The notes under the pieces: generated by a model
What the model was told of the DNA's origin: nothing
The model's database searches: none
What the model saw: only the letters and a program-made list of their open reading frames with translations
Assembly (NCBI GenBank): GCA_963704645.1
Contig: OY969926.1
Span: forward strand, 224,001 to 288,000
Length of the DNA stretch: 64,000 nt
Origin: an uncultured bacterium
GTDB taxonomy: Bacteria > Patescibacteriota > JACMRA01
Reading direction: 5' to 3'
Position numbers and translations under genes: made by a program
In this document: positions 44,372 to 55,460 of the stretch, in pieces
How positions within the stretch are numbered: the first letter of the stretch is position 1
How the letters are laid out: each line of letters opens with the position of its first letter

Positions 44372-44902
44372 TTAGTTATTTTTTCGGTATTTTAATTGCA
44401 CTAATCCAGTTTCAAATTGTTCAGTAGAAAGTAATTCTAGGTTCTGCGTTGGAATGATATCTTGAAAAAGTCTCTTTCCGTTTCCTAATAAAACTGGCAC
44501 TATTGAAATAACAAACTCATCAATTAAGCCCAATTTTAGTAGTTCATTTACAAGCTGTGCGCCTCCATCACAAAATATATCTTTACCATTTTGTAACTTA
44601 AGTTCTGTCACTAATTCTTCTAAATTTCCACTGTAGAATTCTATATCGCCCATATTTTCTTTTTGACTGCTAGTAATTACATAAACTTTGTGATTTGGGT
44701 AAGATAGTCCCCCAGCATTTTTAACTACCCAATCATAGGTTTTTCGGCCTAAAATAACTGTGTCCACAGAACTTATAAAATTGTTATAGCCATAGTCTAA
44801 TCCTTCTTTTTGAACCAAAGACAGAAAGTCTAAATTGTCTTCAGGCGCAGCAATGTAACCGTCTAAACTTGTGGCAATGTATAATATTAGTTTTCTTGGC
44901 AT
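44372..44902 (-). CDS. Dihydrofolate reductase/RibD C-terminal family protein
   Basis: YIATSLDGYIA, LGRKTY, DGGAQL, PVLLGNGKRLF. Confidence 0.92.
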   Translation of the reverse strand: MPRKLILYIATSLDGYIAAPEDNLDFLSLVQKEGLDYGYNNFISSVDTVILGRKTYDWVVKNAGGLSYPNHKVYVITSSQKENMGDIEFYSGNLEELVTELKLQNGKDIFCDGGAQLVNELLKLGLIDEFVISIVPVLLGNGKRLFQDIIPTQNLELLSTEQFETGLVQLKYRKNN

Positions 44903-44904
44903 AA

Positions 44905-45333
44905 TTAATATAAAACTTGGTTATTTTCTTTCATGTATTTAACACCTGTAGCTATAATTTCTTCCAACACATTTATATCAACGTCTTCCAACTTTTTTAT
45001 ATGTAAACAGCTGCCAGCAGAAATTTTATGTTTACCTAATTTTTCTAGTAAATTGGTCATTTTTTCGTAACCACCCATTGTATAAATAGTAACTCCAGCT
45101 TTACTTGGAGCAAAACCAGTTAAAAACCAATCTCCCTCAGAAGATTTAGATTTATAGTGGTATTTACCAAAACCAATTTTGTTAGTCCATAAAACTGGCT
45201 TATAGCCAGTAACTTTTGAAAAAATATCTAAAAGTTTAAGTGAGTCTGGAACTATAAATGTATTTGGGTAACTTTCAATAAAACTTTCTGGGGAAATATC
45301 TGTAGGTTGAGTTTTGTTAATGTATTTAGCCAT
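44905..45333 (-). CDS. DUF1801-like protein
   Basis: KTQPT, IGFGKYHY, GFAP.K, LGKHK..GSCLHIKKL. Confidence 0.85.
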   Translation of the reverse strand: MAKYINKTQPTDISPESFIESYPNTFIVPDSLKLLDIFSKVTGYKPVLWTNKIGFGKYHYKSKSSEGDWFLTGFAPSKAGVTIYTMGGYEKMTNLLEKLGKHKISAGSCLHIKKLEDVDINVLEEIIATGVKYMKENNQVLY

Positions 45334-45469
45334 AGAAAATTGTAAAATTAAATATTCAGTTTAAAGAATTGGAAAATTTTTCATAACCTTTATCATTTAA
45401 AATATTGGGAGATAGCTGATTCTCAGTTTCTATATTATACGTCCTGATTAAAGCTTGAATTTATTAATT

Positions 45470-45775
45470 CTATGTTACTACTTCAATCTTAATTTCCAAC
45501 TCATCGTCAACATTAATTTTTTCTTTTTTCCTTATTTCAGCTTTTATAGGAATAATATAGCAATTAGTTTTATTATTAGGGAAAAGTGAAGTTTTCCAAA
45601 CCCTTTCTTTTACAGTAAGTTTAACGGGTAACGAACCCCAACCAGCCTTAAGATAACCAAACATATATTTAATTTCTGCCGAAATTTCTTCTGGAACATT
45701 TACGAAATGCCAGCTTGCTGAGCCACTCCAAAGCCAAACTTTAGATTTAATTGTATAGGTTGGCGGTTTAAACAT
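45470..45775 (-). CDS. DUF1905-like protein
   Basis: WHFV..P, GWGSLPV, WKTSLFP, PIKAEIRKKE. Confidence 0.85.
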   Translation of the reverse strand: MFKPPTYTIKSKVWLWSGSASWHFVNVPEEISAEIKYMFGYLKAGWGSLPVKLTVKERVWKTSLFPNNKTNCYIIPIKAEIRKKEKINVDDELEIKIEVVT

Positions 45776-45893
45776 GAAAAAAACTTCTTATATCTGTATA
45801 AATATTTACAATATAGCTAAATTTCATCTGAATAAATTATTATTTAAATAGTTACAAATATAATATTCTGATTAAAAAATAAAACCCAAAAAT

Positions 45894-46376
45894 ATGTCAA
45901 TTTACAACAACACTATTAAGTCTTTGCAAGGCCAAGAAATTAACTTTGCAGAATTTAAAAACAAAGTAATTTTAATAGTTAACACTGCAAGTAAATGCGG
46001 TTTTACACCACAATATGCTGGTTTGGAAAAATTACACGAAATGTACAAAGAAAAAGGTTTGGTAGTGATTGGCTTTCCTTGTAATCAGTTTGGTGGGCAA
46101 GAACCTGGAAGTTCTAAAGACATTCAAGAAAACTGCTTAGTAAATTATGGAGTGACCTTTTTAATTACTGAAAAAGTAGAAGTTAATGGACCTAACACCA
46201 ATCCTGTTTTTAAATTATTAAAAGAATCTTTACCAGGAATGCTAGGTTTTGAAGAGATTAAATGGAACTTTACCAAGTTCTTAATAGATAAAAATGGAAA
46301 AGTAGTTAAGCGATATGCCCCAACCACAGAACCAATAGATATTGAAGGTGACATAATTGAACTATTGCAAAAATAA
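45894..46376 (+). CDS. Glutathione peroxidase
   Basis: VNTASKCGFTPQY, GFPCNQFGGQEPG, IKWNFTKFLI. Confidence 0.95.
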   Translation: MSIYNNTIKSLQGQEINFAEFKNKVILIVNTASKCGFTPQYAGLEKLHEMYKEKGLVVIGFPCNQFGGQEPGSSKDIQENCLVNYGVTFLITEKVEVNGPNTNPVFKLLKESLPGMLGFEEIKWNFTKFLIDKNGKVVKRYAPTTEPIDIEGDIIELLQK

Positions 46377-46641
46377 TTGGCAACTAAAATATAGCGGAAG
46401 ACTGGTAAAAACGATAAAAATTTTACTCTTCAAACCCTAAAGCTTAAAACAGTGGTTTGCTTTTTAAATTTTTTATAGCTTAATAAGCCTAATTTATTGT
46501 GGTAGGCAATTCTAGATTTTCCGTATTAACAAGTTTTGTAGATCTTTAATTTAATCTACTTTTAAAATAGACATAACCTTTATTAAGTTATATAATTAGA
46601 CATAAATTGGTTTGTAGAAAAACTGAAAAACAAAAACAAAT

Positions 46642-49600
46642 ATGAAAAAAGGTGGGTCAAAAACTAAACTATTACTTCAAATTAAAGATAACTTATCTAA
46701 ATTACATATATTTTCTCGAAAAGTAAGAAAGTATAATAGATTCTTTGTTCTATCAGCATTGGCATTTGCTGTGCTTTTATCAGGGGCCACCTTATTAAAT
46801 TATTTTAATGAGAATTCAATAAATAAACTTGCCAAAGCTAACAATTTACCTACTCTAAAATTAGATAGTTATGATGATTCTAACTGTTTTCTAAATAACG
46901 GAAAAGTTAAGTGTTGGGGTGAGGAGACTTTAGGTCAGCTTGGGTATGGAGCCACGTCTAATTTTAGCTTTTTTGACTACGTAAATGACCTATCAAAAGT
47001 TGGCTTTTTAAATTTAGGTGGTGATGCTACAGATATAAGTGTTGGAAGAGGTCATAGCTGTGCCCTACTTTCAAGCGGTGAAGTATCTTGTTGGGGTGAT
47101 AATAGCCTCGGTCAGCTTGGTTATGGAAGCACTTACAATATCGGCGACTCTGAAGTCCCTGGCAGCGTCAGCCCAGTAGCCTTAGGACAAAAAGCCATCA
47201 AGGTTACAGCTGGAGGCAGCCATAGTTGTGCACTTTTGACCACAGGAAATATCAAATGCTGGGGTGATAATAGTTTTGGCCAGCTTGGTTATGGTAATAT
47301 AAGTAATATTGGCGATGATGAAAGTTTAAATACCGTATCTGAAATTAATCTAGGAGAGCCGGTTTTGGATGTTACAACTGGAGAAAATCATACCTGTGCA
47401 CTTTTAACTTCTGGAAACATCAAATGTTGGGGGGATAATAGCAAAGGCCAGCTTGGTTATGGCAATCTTGATAATATTGGTGATAACGAGACTTTGAATA
47501 GTGCTGGTACAGTTAATATTGGAGAAACTGTAAAGAAAGTTGTTGTATCAGCAAGTAATACTTGTGTAATACTAGTTTCAGATAATTTAAAATGTTGGGG
47601 AGACAACACTAGCGGTCAATTACCATTTAGTGATACTCTGCTAGGTGATAATGAAATCCCATTAAACATAGCAAATATTAATATTGGGGAAACGGTTGTA
47701 GACGTTGATCTAGGAGACGGTCACACATGTGTAGTTTTAAGTTTAGGTAAAGTGAAATGTTGGGGTAGCAACTGGACAGGTCAGCTAGGATACCCAGGAC
47801 TTACAACAATTCCAAATTTTAATTCTAATTTAGAAATACCTAATCTCGGATATGTAGACGTAGGTGAGCAAGTAACTAGTATGGCTTTAGGAATAAATCA
47901 TACCTGTGCACTCTTAACTTCTGAAAATATTAGATGTTGGGGTGCTAATAACAAAGGACAGCTTGGTAAACCATCTACAGTGACCGACATCGGTCTAACT
48001 ACTACCCCAGCTTCTCAAATCAACATTGCAGATATTAATTCTTATGGCCCTATTTCAAATCCATATACAGAAATCTTAAATGATCCAAGTTACAACTGGA
48101 TTGAAGCTTCTGATGGAGTTCAGGTACCTTTAGATTATGGTTTTGCAGACTCAGAAGAAGTAGCACTACCATTTAATTTTAAGTTTTTTGAGAAAACATA
48201 TTCAAGAATGTTTGTAAGTAATTCTGGTTTGATTTCTTTTGATTATGCAGATACAAATTTGAGGCCAGGTAACCCAGCTTTTAATTTAAGTGTTTTGGAA
48301 GATGATAATTCAAATAACATTATTGCTCCGCTTTGGAGTCGGTTGACTGAATTTGGTTTCTCTGACGCCACCGTACACACTAAAGTAGTAGGTACATCAC
48401 CAAATCAATCAATGGTAGTTCAGTGGACAAATTTTAGAGCTAAATACAATTCTTCACAGTTTTCACCTACACCTATTTTAACTTTTCAAGTTATCCTGCG
48501 TTCAAACGGTGAAATAGAATTTCAATACAAAGAATTTGATGGCACAGATTTTGGAAGTGGTAGTAGTGTTATAGCTAGGATAGGATTGAAAAACTATTCG
48601 GGTACTGTTGGAAACTTTGTAAATACGTCTAACGGCAAGTTTACGCGTGAAATAAGTAATTACAAAATTTCATATAAGTTAGAGGATTTAAAATATAATG
48701 ATATTTCATACATAAATTGTTGGCCTTCTGTCCCAAGAATTACGTCAACACTAGATTGTGAAGTTGGATTAGTGAAAGACATTTCAGCTGTTCAGACCTC
48801 AAACAGCGGTCTCAAAGGCACAATCAGTCTAAGACTTGGAATTAACGGCACCCCTATTACTTGTCCTGTAAGTGGTATAGATAATAAATTTAGGTGTAAT
48901 GGATTGTTATCACCAGTATCAAGCCTGGAGAGCATAGATCTTTATTATTCCACAAGTGGAAGTATAGGTGGATTTATAGATGCTAAAAATGTAGCTACTA
49001 TTGTAACTAATACTGATCCTGAATTTGGCCCTGTCACTGGAGGTACCGCCGTGGGTATTGAGGGGTTGGGGATTAGAGAAACTGCTAAACCTGTTAGTAT
49101 TTCCTCTGGGTGGGATGGAGCATGCACTTTGTTTGATAATGATAAAGTAAAATGTTGGGGATCAACTGGTAATATGACTAGCGGTTACGAAATAGGAGAC
49201 TATATTGGGGATAATAATTCTCCCTCAGCAGTAGGATTTTTAGATACACCTGACGACGTAAGACAGATAAATACAAATGGTTACAAAAGCTGTGCGGTCT
49301 TAAAAAATGGTAATATTAGTTGTTGGGGTTTAGATTTAGGTGATGGTTTTGAGGGTTTAGGTTATGGAGACTACCATAGTAGAAACTCGCCAGGACCAGA
49401 AATCAATCTAGGTGAACCTGTTACTCAAATTCATAATTCTTACGATTCAGCATGTGCTTTGCTTCAAAGCGGTAAAGTTTCGTGTTGGGGAAAAAATACT
49501 GGGGGGAAATTAGGTTATGGAGACCTTGTTAATCGTCGTACTCCTGGTCCAGCCATAGACTTAGGTGTGCCAGCAACTCAGATTAGCATGGACAACCATA

Positions 49601-52600
49601 CATGTGCACTTTTAGCAAATGGTAATGTTAGTTGTTGGGGTAGAAACGATGATGGCCAGTTGGGATACGGTGATCTAACAAATAGAAACACTCCTGGTCC
49701 AGAAATTAGTTTTGGTCAACCTGTGTTGCAAGTTACAGCTGGAGAGGATAATACTTGTGTGCTACTAACTGATGGAGATATTTCATGTTGGGGAGATAAT
49801 AACTATGGACAATTAGGTTATGGAGATTATAATGATAGACTAGTTCCAGGTCCATCTATAAATCTGGGCGCTAAAGCTATTGAGATTGAGTCAAATACTT
49901 TAACTACATGTGCTGTATTAGAAAATGGTGATTTGAAATGTTGGGGTACAAATTGGGCTGGTCAAGTGGGTGATGAAACTCGCGGCGGTGAAAAACTTTC
50001 CCCAGGATCTAGAATTAATTTTGATACACCTGTAAAAGAAGTTTCCATTGGTGCTGGTCATGTATGTGCCTTGTTCATAAACGCTAAGATAAAGTGTTGG
50101 GGTGATAATTATCCAGGAGAATTGGGGACTCCAAATAAATCACCTAATTACATTTTCGACATTCCAAACCTAAAATACATAGACCTTATAAGACAATACG
50201 ACATCTCAGCTACATACGATAACCTTGCTCCACAATCTACCGTTATACCTAACACCAAAACTATAAATACTGTTACTCCTCCTCATGATCCTGGATTTGT
50301 AGATGTAAGAGTTAGAAATGGCGATGGTAGTTTAATAAATTTAGTTCAAGGCTATGAGTATAGAAGTTTAGCTGGTCCAATTCCTCCAATAGCAAATAAT
50401 GATACTATCACTACCATTGAGTCATCACCTGTAACAATAGATGTTTTAGCTAATGATTCAAATGCAGTTTCAATCTGTACTGGTTCAGTTTTGGGAGTAA
50501 GTAATGGTGCGGCGGTAATCTCGGGGACTCAAATAATTTATACTCCAAATAGTACTTATACAGGTACAGATAGTTTTACCTACAAAGCTTGTAATACAGC
50601 TGGGGAAAGTAATGCTGCTACAGTAGATATAACTGTAAACCCAAGACCTACTGCAACAATTGATCCTATTGTAGGCCCTACCGATGGAAATACTTTTGTG
50701 ACTGCTACTATTACGGGTATTGGTACAAATACTAGCACTATCACACCTCAAATAGCTACAAACGGAGCTAATACTTGTATGGTATCTGCCAAAGGACGAC
50801 TGAGATGCTGGGGATATGGAGGCTTTGGTCAAAATGGTTATGGTAATACTAATGATATTGGAACTACTGAGCTGCCCATAACAGCTGGCGATGTGAATGT
50901 GGGTGGTACTGTTAAACAAGTTGCAGTAGGTATATATCATACGTGCGCTTTACTTACTACAGGAAATGTTAGATGTTGGGGTAAAAATAATAATGGTCAA
51001 TTGGGGTACGGTAACACAACTCAAATTGGTGATAATGAATTACCTTTTACTGCTGGAGACGTGAATGTAGGCGGTACAGTAACTCAAATATCTGCTGGTG
51101 GTGAGTTTACCTGTGCTTTACTTACTACAGGAAATGTGAGGTGTTGGGGTATTAATAATTATGGCCAGCTAGGCTATGGAAACACAACTCAAATTGGGGA
51201 TGATGAGTTTCCATTTACCGCTGGAGACGTGAATGTAGGTGGTACAGTAACTCAAATATCTGCAGGTGATGCTCATGTATGTGCTTTGCTTGATACTGGA
51301 AATGTGAGGTGTTGGGGTTATAATTATTTGCAATATGGTACTATTAGCCTAGGGGCACTTGGCTATGGCAACACTAACAATATCGGTGACGACGAACTAC
51401 CGTTTACTGCTGGTGACGTAAACATTGGTGGCACAGTGACTCAGATATCTTCTCCTGGAGCTGGAAACTGTGCTCTACTTACTACAGGAAATGTGAGGTG
51501 TTGGGGTGGTAACTATTATGGACAGCTTGGATATGGAAATAATGATAACATTGGTGACAATGAATTACCATTTACAGCTGGTGATGTTAATGTAGGTGGT
51601 ACTGTGATTCAAGTATCAAAAGGTGAGTCTCATACTTGTGTTTTACTTGATACTGCAGAAGTTAAGTGTTGGGGTGATAGTTTTACCGGTCAATTAGGTT
51701 ATGGAAATTATACAAGAATTGGTGATAACGAGCTTCCATCTTCTGTTGGAGTTGTAAATGTAGGTGGGCCTGTGAGTCAAATTGCTGTAAGTTCTGCCCA
51801 TACTTGTGTAATACTTACAAACGGCAATGTAAGGTGTTGGGGAGCTGGAGGAAATATTGGATATGGTAATGGTAATGCCATTGGAGACAACGAGTTGCCG
51901 TTCACAGCAGGAGACGTGAGTGTTTTCGATGCTTCGTCTTCAAACTCAAATCCACCTACCATAACAACCCCCTCAATGACCTTCGACGGTCTACAAGCAA
52001 CTTCAGTAGTTCAAGTAGATCCTTCTACAATTACTGCATATACTCCTGCTCATCCTGCAGGCCCTGTGGATGTGGTTATTAACGATAGCTATGGTAATAC
52101 TTTTACTTTGGTTCAAGGTTATACTTATGAAGAAGAAGTACTTCAACCCGAAGCCAACCCAGACTCAATAACCACTCCAGAATCTACCCCAGTTACAATA
52201 GACATACTAGCAAATGACACTAACACAACTAATATCTGTGTAGGTTCAATTACTTTACTTCCAGGTTCTGTAAACAATGCAACAGCTACTATTGTACCAG
52301 CAGGTACAGACGGTAGCTTGGTAGACAAAGTACTATTCACTCCAACTGTAGGTTACTTTGGAACAGTTAGCTTTACCTACACTGCATGTAGCACAGAAAT
52401 AGGTACTAACCCTTCTTCTCCTGTTTCAGTAGTAGTAAACGTTACAGCAGTAAACCCAGTAGCCTTAAACGATACAGCAACAGTAAACCAAAATGAATTT
52501 GTAACAATAAACATTATAGCAAACGACACAGACCCAAGTGGACAAACTTTAACTATCTGTTCTCCTCTATCTACACTAAGTAATGGAAACATAGTAAAAA

Positions 52601-54609
52601 CTATTATCTCTGGTACAGAACAACTTGTATTTACACCAAACCCTACTTTCTCTGGTTCTACTAGCTTTACCTACACAGCTTGTGACCCTGCAGGTAATCC
52701 AAGTAACGTTGCCACTGTAAATGTAACAGTAAATCCAAACACAGCTCCAGTAGCAAACCCGGATACAGCCAATACAGTTTCTAATTCTCCAATAGCCATA
52801 AACTTACCAGCTAACGATACTGACACTGACGGCTCTTTAGACTTAACTAGTGTAACTGTTGTAACAACACCTACTAAAGGTAATGTAGTTATTAACCCAG
52901 TTACAGGTATTGGAATCTATACAGCCACTACAGCAAGCTTTACTACCAACCAAGCAGATACTTTCTCTTACACAATTAAAGATAATGATGGAACAGTATC
53001 TAACGCTGCCATAGTAACAGTAAATGTAATTGTAAACCCAATTGCTAACCCAGATATTGCAAGTACCTTGTCTGCCAATCCAGTTACCATAGATGTTAAA
53101 AACAACGATACAGCTACTTCAGCTGCTCTAGACCCTGCTTCAGTTGTTATTGTAACAACTCCTACCAAAGGAACAGTAACTGTTAACACAACCCTAGGCA
53201 GTCCTGATCTTGGAAAAGTTACCTATACTCCAGACCCAGCTCAGTTCACTACATCATCAACCGATACTTTTAGCTATACTATTAAAGACACTGAAAACCA
53301 TATTTCCAACATAGCCTTAGCAACCGTAAATGTAACAGTTCCTCCGGCTAATCAGCTTCCTCTTGCTAATAACGATACTGCGAGTGGGGGTAAAAACTCT
53401 GCTATCACAATTGATATACTATCTAACGACTCTGACCCGGATGGAACTATTAACCCAGCTTCGGTTGTTATTCTAACTAATCCAACTAAAGGAACAGTAA
53501 CTGTTGATACAACACCATCTAGCCCCAACTTTGGAAAAGCTATCTATACTCCAAGCCCAGCTCTATACACTACCACCTCAACCGATACTTTCACCTATAC
53601 AGTAAAAGATAATAATAACGGTACTTCTAATACAGCTACAGTAACACTAAACATAATCTTACTATTACCAACAGCCGTAAACGACACAGCAACTCTAAAC
53701 ATCAATACACCTACAACTATACAAGTATTGGGCAACGATACTTTAGCCACCAGTATCTGTACTGACTCTGTTTTCAGTATACCAAGCGGAGGAACAACAA
53801 CTCCTACAGCTTCACAATCTACAGCCGGAGGAAGTGTAGTTATTACCAATACAGCAATTGTCTACACTCCTGCTAACAACTTCACAGGTACAGACAGCTT
53901 TACCTACAAAGCCTGTAACGCCGATGGCCAAAGCAATGTAGCAATAGTTAGTATCACAGTTAATCCTATAGCAGTAGTTGTACCAGTAATACAAAACGTT
54001 CAATTAACACTATACAAAGAAAAACAAGATGTAGATATTCTTCTTAATCAACCCTTAAAGATTCAAGCAGATATTAGAAATCCTAATAACTTTGTAGTAC
54101 AGAAAATTGAAACAACAATTAACATAGATACAACTAAGTTAAACTTCATCACAGGTACTGCCAGAGAAGGAAGTATAGTGGGCAACAAGTATCTTAGTTT
54201 CTTAGAGCTAAATAGTCTTGTTTCTCTATTCTCTATTACAGCTAATGCTCAAACTCTACCAACTGCTACAACCGTAAGTTTCATAGTATTATCTGACTCT
54301 CAACTTAAAGTTACTATCCTTAACGCCCAGCCAAACCAAACTATTCCAATTGTCTTTGATGTAACCCCTAAAGCCAACTTACAAAATAGTATTCAAGGTA
54401 CAACTTCCATTATTGATACAACAACAAACCTAGCAGTTGCATCGGCTAATGCTGAGATAAAAATTACTCCAGCTCCAACCTTATTAACCCTTGTTAGAAC
54501 AGGAGGATATGCCTTACCAGCTATTATAATATCTCTTGGAACTATAGCGGTACTGTTCTTTGTAACTAGGAAGAGGAAATTAAATGTGAAAATTAGTAAT
54601 GATCAATAA
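46642..54609 (+). CDS. Giant surface protein: three RCC1 propellers, nidogen-like domain, IPT/TIG and tandem Ig-like repeats, sortase-like tail
   Basis: HTCALL..G.V.CWG.N..GQLG repeats; P.A..D..IDVLAND..DTFTY repeats; LVRTGG + TM + RKRK. Confidence 0.9.
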   Translation: MKKGGSKTKLLLQIKDNLSKLHIFSRKVRKYNRFFVLSALAFAVLLSGATLLNYFNENSINKLAKANNLPTLKLDSYDDSNCFLNNGKVKCWGEETLGQLGYGATSNFSFFDYVNDLSKVGFLNLGGDATDISVGRGHSCALLSSGEVSCWGDNSLGQLGYGSTYNIGDSEVPGSVSPVALGQKAIKVTAGGSHSCALLTTGNIKCWGDNSFGQLGYGNISNIGDDESLNTVSEINLGEPVLDVTTGENHTCALLTSGNIKCWGDNSKGQLGYGNLDNIGDNETLNSAGTVNIGETVKKVVVSASNTCVILVSDNLKCWGDNTSGQLPFSDTLLGDNEIPLNIANINIGETVVDVDLGDGHTCVVLSLGKVKCWGSNWTGQLGYPGLTTIPNFNSNLEIPNLGYVDVGEQVTSMALGINHTCALLTSENIRCWGANNKGQLGKPSTVTDIGLTTTPASQINIADINSYGPISNPYTEILNDPSYNWIEASDGVQVPLDYGFADSEEVALPFNFKFFEKTYSRMFVSNSGLISFDYADTNLRPGNPAFNLSVLEDDNSNNIIAPLWSRLTEFGFSDATVHTKVVGTSPNQSMVVQWTNFRAKYNSSQFSPTPILTFQVILRSNGEIEFQYKEFDGTDFGSGSSVIARIGLKNYSGTVGNFVNTSNGKFTREISNYKISYKLEDLKYNDISYINCWPSVPRITSTLDCEVGLVKDISAVQTSNSGLKGTISLRLGINGTPITCPVSGIDNKFRCNGLLSPVSSLESIDLYYSTSGSIGGFIDAKNVATIVTNTDPEFGPVTGGTAVGIEGLGIRETAKPVSISSGWDGACTLFDNDKVKCWGSTGNMTSGYEIGDYIGDNNSPSAVGFLDTPDDVRQINTNGYKSCAVLKNGNISCWGLDLGDGFEGLGYGDYHSRNSPGPEINLGEPVTQIHNSYDSACALLQSGKVSCWGKNTGGKLGYGDLVNRRTPGPAIDLGVPATQISMDNHTCALLANGNVSCWGRNDDGQLGYGDLTNRNTPGPEISFGQPVLQVTAGEDNTCVLLTDGDISCWGDNNYGQLGYGDYNDRLVPGPSINLGAKAIEIESNTLTTCAVLENGDLKCWGTNWAGQVGDETRGGEKLSPGSRINFDTPVKEVSIGAGHVCALFINAKIKCWGDNYPGELGTPNKSPNYIFDIPNLKYIDLIRQYDISATYDNLAPQSTVIPNTKTINTVTPPHDPGFVDVRVRNGDGSLINLVQGYEYRSLAGPIPPIANNDTITTIESSPVTIDVLANDSNAVSICTGSVLGVSNGAAVISGTQIIYTPNSTYTGTDSFTYKACNTAGESNAATVDITVNPRPTATIDPIVGPTDGNTFVTATITGIGTNTSTITPQIATNGANTCMVSAKGRLRCWGYGGFGQNGYGNTNDIGTTELPITAGDVNVGGTVKQVAVGIYHTCALLTTGNVRCWGKNNNGQLGYGNTTQIGDNELPFTAGDVNVGGTVTQISAGGEFTCALLTTGNVRCWGINNYGQLGYGNTTQIGDDEFPFTAGDVNVGGTVTQISAGDAHVCALLDTGNVRCWGYNYLQYGTISLGALGYGNTNNIGDDELPFTAGDVNIGGTVTQISSPGAGNCALLTTGNVRCWGGNYYGQLGYGNNDNIGDNELPFTAGDVNVGGTVIQVSKGESHTCVLLDTAEVKCWGDSFTGQLGYGNYTRIGDNELPSSVGVVNVGGPVSQIAVSSAHTCVILTNGNVRCWGAGGNIGYGNGNAIGDNELPFTAGDVSVFDASSSNSNPPTITTPSMTFDGLQATSVVQVDPSTITAYTPAHPAGPVDVVINDSYGNTFTLVQGYTYEEEVLQPEANPDSITTPESTPVTIDILANDTNTTNICVGSITLLPGSVNNATATIVPAGTDGSLVDKVLFTPTVGYFGTVSFTYTACSTEIGTNPSSPVSVVVNVTAVNPVALNDTATVNQNEFVTINIIANDTDPSGQTLTICSPLSTLSNGNIVKTIISGTEQLVFTPNPTFSGSTSFTYTACDPAGNPSNVATVNVTVNPNTAPVANPDTANTVSNSPIAINLPANDTDTDGSLDLTSVTVVTTPTKGNVVINPVTGIGIYTATTASFTTNQADTFSYTIKDNDGTVSNAAIVTVNVIVNPIANPDIASTLSANPVTIDVKNNDTATSAALDPASVVIVTTPTKGTVTVNTTLGSPDLGKVTYTPDPAQFTTSSTDTFSYTIKDTENHISNIALATVNVTVPPANQLPLANNDTASGGKNSAITIDILSNDSDPDGTINPASVVILTNPTKGTVTVDTTPSSPNFGKAIYTPSPALYTTTSTDTFTYTVKDNNNGTSNTATVTLNIILLLPTAVNDTATLNINTPTTIQVLGNDTLATSICTDSVFSIPSGGTTTPTASQSTAGGSVVITNTAIVYTPANNFTGTDSFTYKACNADGQSNVAIVSITVNPIAVVVPVIQNVQLTLYKEKQDVDILLNQPLKIQADIRNPNNFVVQKIETTINIDTTKLNFITGTAREGSIVGNKYLSFLELNSLVSLFSITANAQTLPTATTVSFIVLSDSQLKVTILNAQPNQTIPIVFDVTPKANLQNSIQGTTSIIDTTTNLAVASANAEIKITPAPTLLTLVRTGGYALPAIIISLGTIAVLFFVTRKRKLNVKISNDQ

Positions 54610-54628
54610 TTAACAATATTTATTGTTT

Positions 54629-54964
54629 TTACCTATTATCCCCAGAACCAACTAGGGTTTTAGATTGCTTTCTACTTAACAATTTTTCCTGATTAATATT
54701 TACAACTTCTTCTAAGGGAATGCCTAATTCGTTGCAAATACATGTTAAATAACCAAGCACATCACCTAGTTCTTTAGCAACTTCTTTTACATCAAAATTA
54801 CCTTCTCTATATCTACGTTTCATTTTTCCTGCAACCTCACCAGCTTCTTCCAGTAAACCAAAAGTTACCAATTCTAGTCTGTGGGCTGGGTCTGTAACAG
54901 CATAATGAGAAGAAATTTCTTTAATGAAATCATCGTATTCTTTGAAAGTGTTTATGTTGGACAT
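54629..54964 (-). CDS. MazG-like nucleotide pyrophosphohydrolase
   Basis: GLLEEAGEV, KELGDVLGY, N.EKL..R, GSGDNR. Confidence 0.9.
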   Translation of the reverse strand: MSNINTFKEYDDFIKEISSHYAVTDPAHRLELVTFGLLEEAGEVAGKMKRRYREGNFDVKEVAKELGDVLGYLTCICNELGIPLEEVVNINQEKLLSRKQSKTLVGSGDNR

Positions 54965-55056
54965 GTTTGAAATTGTTTTAAGCCTATAAAAAACATTGTT
55001 GACCTAAGTATATGATGTCAAACATAAAACAAATAGCAACAACTTTCTAGTTTGGA

Positions 55057-55413
55057 CTATTTTTCTAAAGTTTCAGCTACGCGGTACTGGACTATTTTTC
55101 TAATTAAATTATAGGGTATTTCTTTATCAAGCGGAAACTGAGCCGAGCCTTTGGCATGTTTATAAATCTCCAATTCTTTCTCAAAAGCAATTATCCCTGC
55201 AGGGAGAGGATAAAAACCAATATGCTTGGCGTAACCTGCAAAGTGAACTAAATTTTTGCCATTAAGCTTGAAACTTGGCATTTGATAGCTAATTAATTCA
55301 ATCGCTTCTGGTGATATTTCCTTAACAATTTCTCTAATTTTCTGTAGAATTTGTTCAGTTTGTTCTGGGAAGTCTTGAATATATTCATCAACATTTTGGA
55401 ATTTATATTTCAT
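55057..55413 (-). CDS. DUF1801/YdhG-like protein
   Basis: VDEYI, ISYQMP, HFAGYAKHIGFYP, KGSAQFP. Confidence 0.88.
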   Translation of the reverse strand: MKYKFQNVDEYIQDFPEQTEQILQKIREIVKEISPEAIELISYQMPSFKLNGKNLVHFAGYAKHIGFYPLPAGIIAFEKELEIYKHAKGSAQFPLDKEIPYNLIRKIVQYRVAETLEK

Positions 55414-55460
55414 AAGGTATTATAAGGTTATATCTGAGAACAGTCTAAATAATAGATTTA

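Noticed and set aside
50850-51920. Regular DNA repeats that could look like a CRISPR array
   Set aside because: They are in-frame RCC1 coding repeats with no unique spacers; no cas genes seen
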